Below the pieces are notes generated by a model that saw nothing but the letters and a program-made list of their open reading frames with translations, made no database searches and was not told the DNA's origin. Positions 61,977-64,000 of a stretch of 64,000 bases of DNA are shown here, one piece after another. The DNA comes from Oikopleura dioica (lineage: Eukaryota > Animalia > Chordata). Where the stretch lies: the NCBI GenBank assembly GCA_907165135.1, contig OU015567.1, positions 9,920,001 to 9,984,000 of the forward strand, in the 5' to 3' direction. The translations under genes were made by a program, and so were the position numbers. How positions within the stretch are numbered: the first letter of the stretch is position 1; every line of letters begins with the position of its first letter.

Positions 61977-62763
61977 TAAATAAAATAATCTAGACCACTA
62001 CGCGCACAATCGTCCAAGACAAGAACAGTAGAAGTGCCTACGCTGGACTCGTCAAAATGTATGAAAATAGTCCTCGCCCGGTAATGAACATCCAAAGGAG
62101 CATGAAACTAGCGTTTTTTAGGCAAACAACCCTGCTTCGAAGAGCAAGGCGGTTGAACTGATGATTTCTTCGAGAAAACAAATGATCCTCCAAGCTCACT
62201 GCTCGAAAAAGACAGACTTTGCGCCCGCTCCTCTCACCTCGGACAAAATGTCCTTGATGAGCAATTCCGTAAAAATGGATAAAATTTTCGCTTCCTTCGA
62301 TTTAGAATCCGTCCAAGTAAGAGTCAACTTTGGTGCCACTGTCTGATTCCGCTCTTTTTAGGTTAGTTTTGTTGGCTTTATGGGAGACTTCGCGGTTTGG
62401 GCAGTTTTGGACCTTTCCACTGGCGATATTCAATTTGTCGTCGATGATAGTTAGGGCTCTGTTTCGTTTGAAAGGAAATTTATTCAAAGCAACGCTGAGC
62501 TGAGCTCAAGTGCGATTGTTGGGAGTCAAACTCTCTCTCTTTTATTCTTTCTCGAGCGAGACCCTCTTTTTTATTTTTTTGGACGCATTCAGAGCCTCCT
62601 CTAGTATGTGAGATTCAGAGCCTGAAAGATAATGAATAGTGTGCAGAGCCCCATCAAAGCTGGTGAAAAAACTCTCCACATTTCTTCAACAGTTATTAAA
62701 TTATATCTTAAACTTTCATTACGAGTTTCGGAAGATTTCAATCACTCATTTCTGTCCTTCAGA

Positions 62764-64000
62764 ATGTTAGGACAAATCCTGGTGTACTCGATGCCCGGCT
62801 GTCCGCACTGCACGGCGGCGAAAATGAGCTTGAACAAGCTGAATCTGCCATTTATTGAGATACAGCTCGATTTATACGACAAAAGTGTGAGAGAGGAATT
62901 GAAGAGCAAAACGAATAGATCCACTGGTATGAAAGTCAGCAACTGAAAAAGTACTGTAGAACAGAGAGGCTTCTCCCGGTAGCTACTAGCGGCGATCAAG
63001 ATCATATATGGTAAACTTTCGATTTATCATCAGTCACCAGAACCGTGTTAAACCTCACTAGAACTTACTAACACTTCACTTGCATGACATAACATCATTA
63101 CGTAACCCGGAACGAACATTAATTATCTCACTTATCTGATCTTCAAAAATATTAAAAATGCGCCGCGTATCCACCAATATTCCAAAATTTTTAAATTCAT
63201 CAAAAAAGCATCTTGAAAGAGTGCAGCCGAAAATTGAAATTTCTTCTTCAGTTCCTCAAATTTTCTTCAACGAGAAACACATCGGCGGAAGAGACGACTT
63301 TCATAAACTAGATAAAAAAGAGCTCGAAGAATTGATCAAGTACGTGCAGGAAAATGAACCACCAGAAGGATCGCCGTCGATTCCCGGATCCACCCTCCTC
63401 ATTGGCATTGGAGAAGATGATGGGCAGTCGCTCCGGTGCGAGTACGACACAGATGCAGACATTGCAAAGGCTCTCAAAGACTCGAACTTGCCAAAGAAGC
63501 GTTGGAACTGGCTCCAGCGGCATCACGGAGCATTTACTGGCAAACAGTTGAAAGAATGGCTCGATGGAACTGGTGAAGATGGCGAAGCAGCCGCAACTCG
63601 CCTACTCGCTGGAAATTTCATCGCTCCGATTGAGAAGAAAGTCGATGCTTTTCACCCGGATGGAACTCTCTACCAACTTGTCGAGCAAAAATCTATCGCT
63701 TCGCTCAACTCGGGCGTTACCGCTGAATGCAAGGTTCTTCATCCCTCTGAGCTCGGCGAGCAGATGAGGATACAAATTAAGAAGCTCTATGGCAAGTACT
63801 TGAATGATGATGGAACTTCTGTTGATTACGAAGGCATGCGTGACTCTGAAGAGTTTGGTGAATATGTCAAACTCACAGCTGTAAGTTCTATATTCACCGA
63901 TAGTTTCTCGAAATTTTTCTTAGCAATTACAGCGGGTAGATCTGTCCCAACTTTCAATCGATGGCCGCCTTGCTTTCTTCATCAACATCTACAACGCCCT
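62764..64000 (+). CDS. Glutaredoxin-DEP-DUF547 domain protein (partial, runs off window end)
   Basis: VYSMPGCPHCTAAK..RST|VPQIFFNEKHIGG (Grx); DEP-like FTGKQLKEWL; VDYEGM..QLQRVDL..RLAFFINIYNAL (DUF547). Confidence 0.85.

Overview
Compact, AT-rich, intron-containing animal genomic DNA. The ~40-90 nt introns, apparent non-GT splice donors and gene families suggest the larvacean tunicate Oikopleura (inferred, not proven). Recognisable genes: thioredoxin (partial), a divergent animal-type cryptochrome/(6-4) photolyase-family gene, CHTF8 head-to-head with a U1 snRNA gene, two Cys-rich/kelch-like genes, an MPRIP/TRIOBP-like gene with intronic tRNA-Pro(CGG) and a foldback element, a GT31 glycosyltransferase, a RING/TRAF-type Zn-finger coiled-coil gene, a C-type-lectin-like membrane protein, epsin, a trypsin-fold protease and a glutaredoxin-DEP-DUF547 gene (partial). 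Main leads: (1) a ~14.7 kb accessory block (5474-20158) bracketed by ~700 bp inverted repeats with matching TTT flanks, holding orphan ORFs and a multi-C2HC-zinc-finger gene, possibly a giant DNA transposon; (2) a cryptochrome lacking the flavin-proximal Trp and one (6-4) catalytic His, with a perfect D-box upstream; (3) several TIR/foldback elements, one inserted in a coding exon with a 5 bp TSD; (4) a possible structured RNA just after U1; (5) recurrent palindromic motifs around a GC-rich CCAAT island. All alignments were done by eye; no searches were run.
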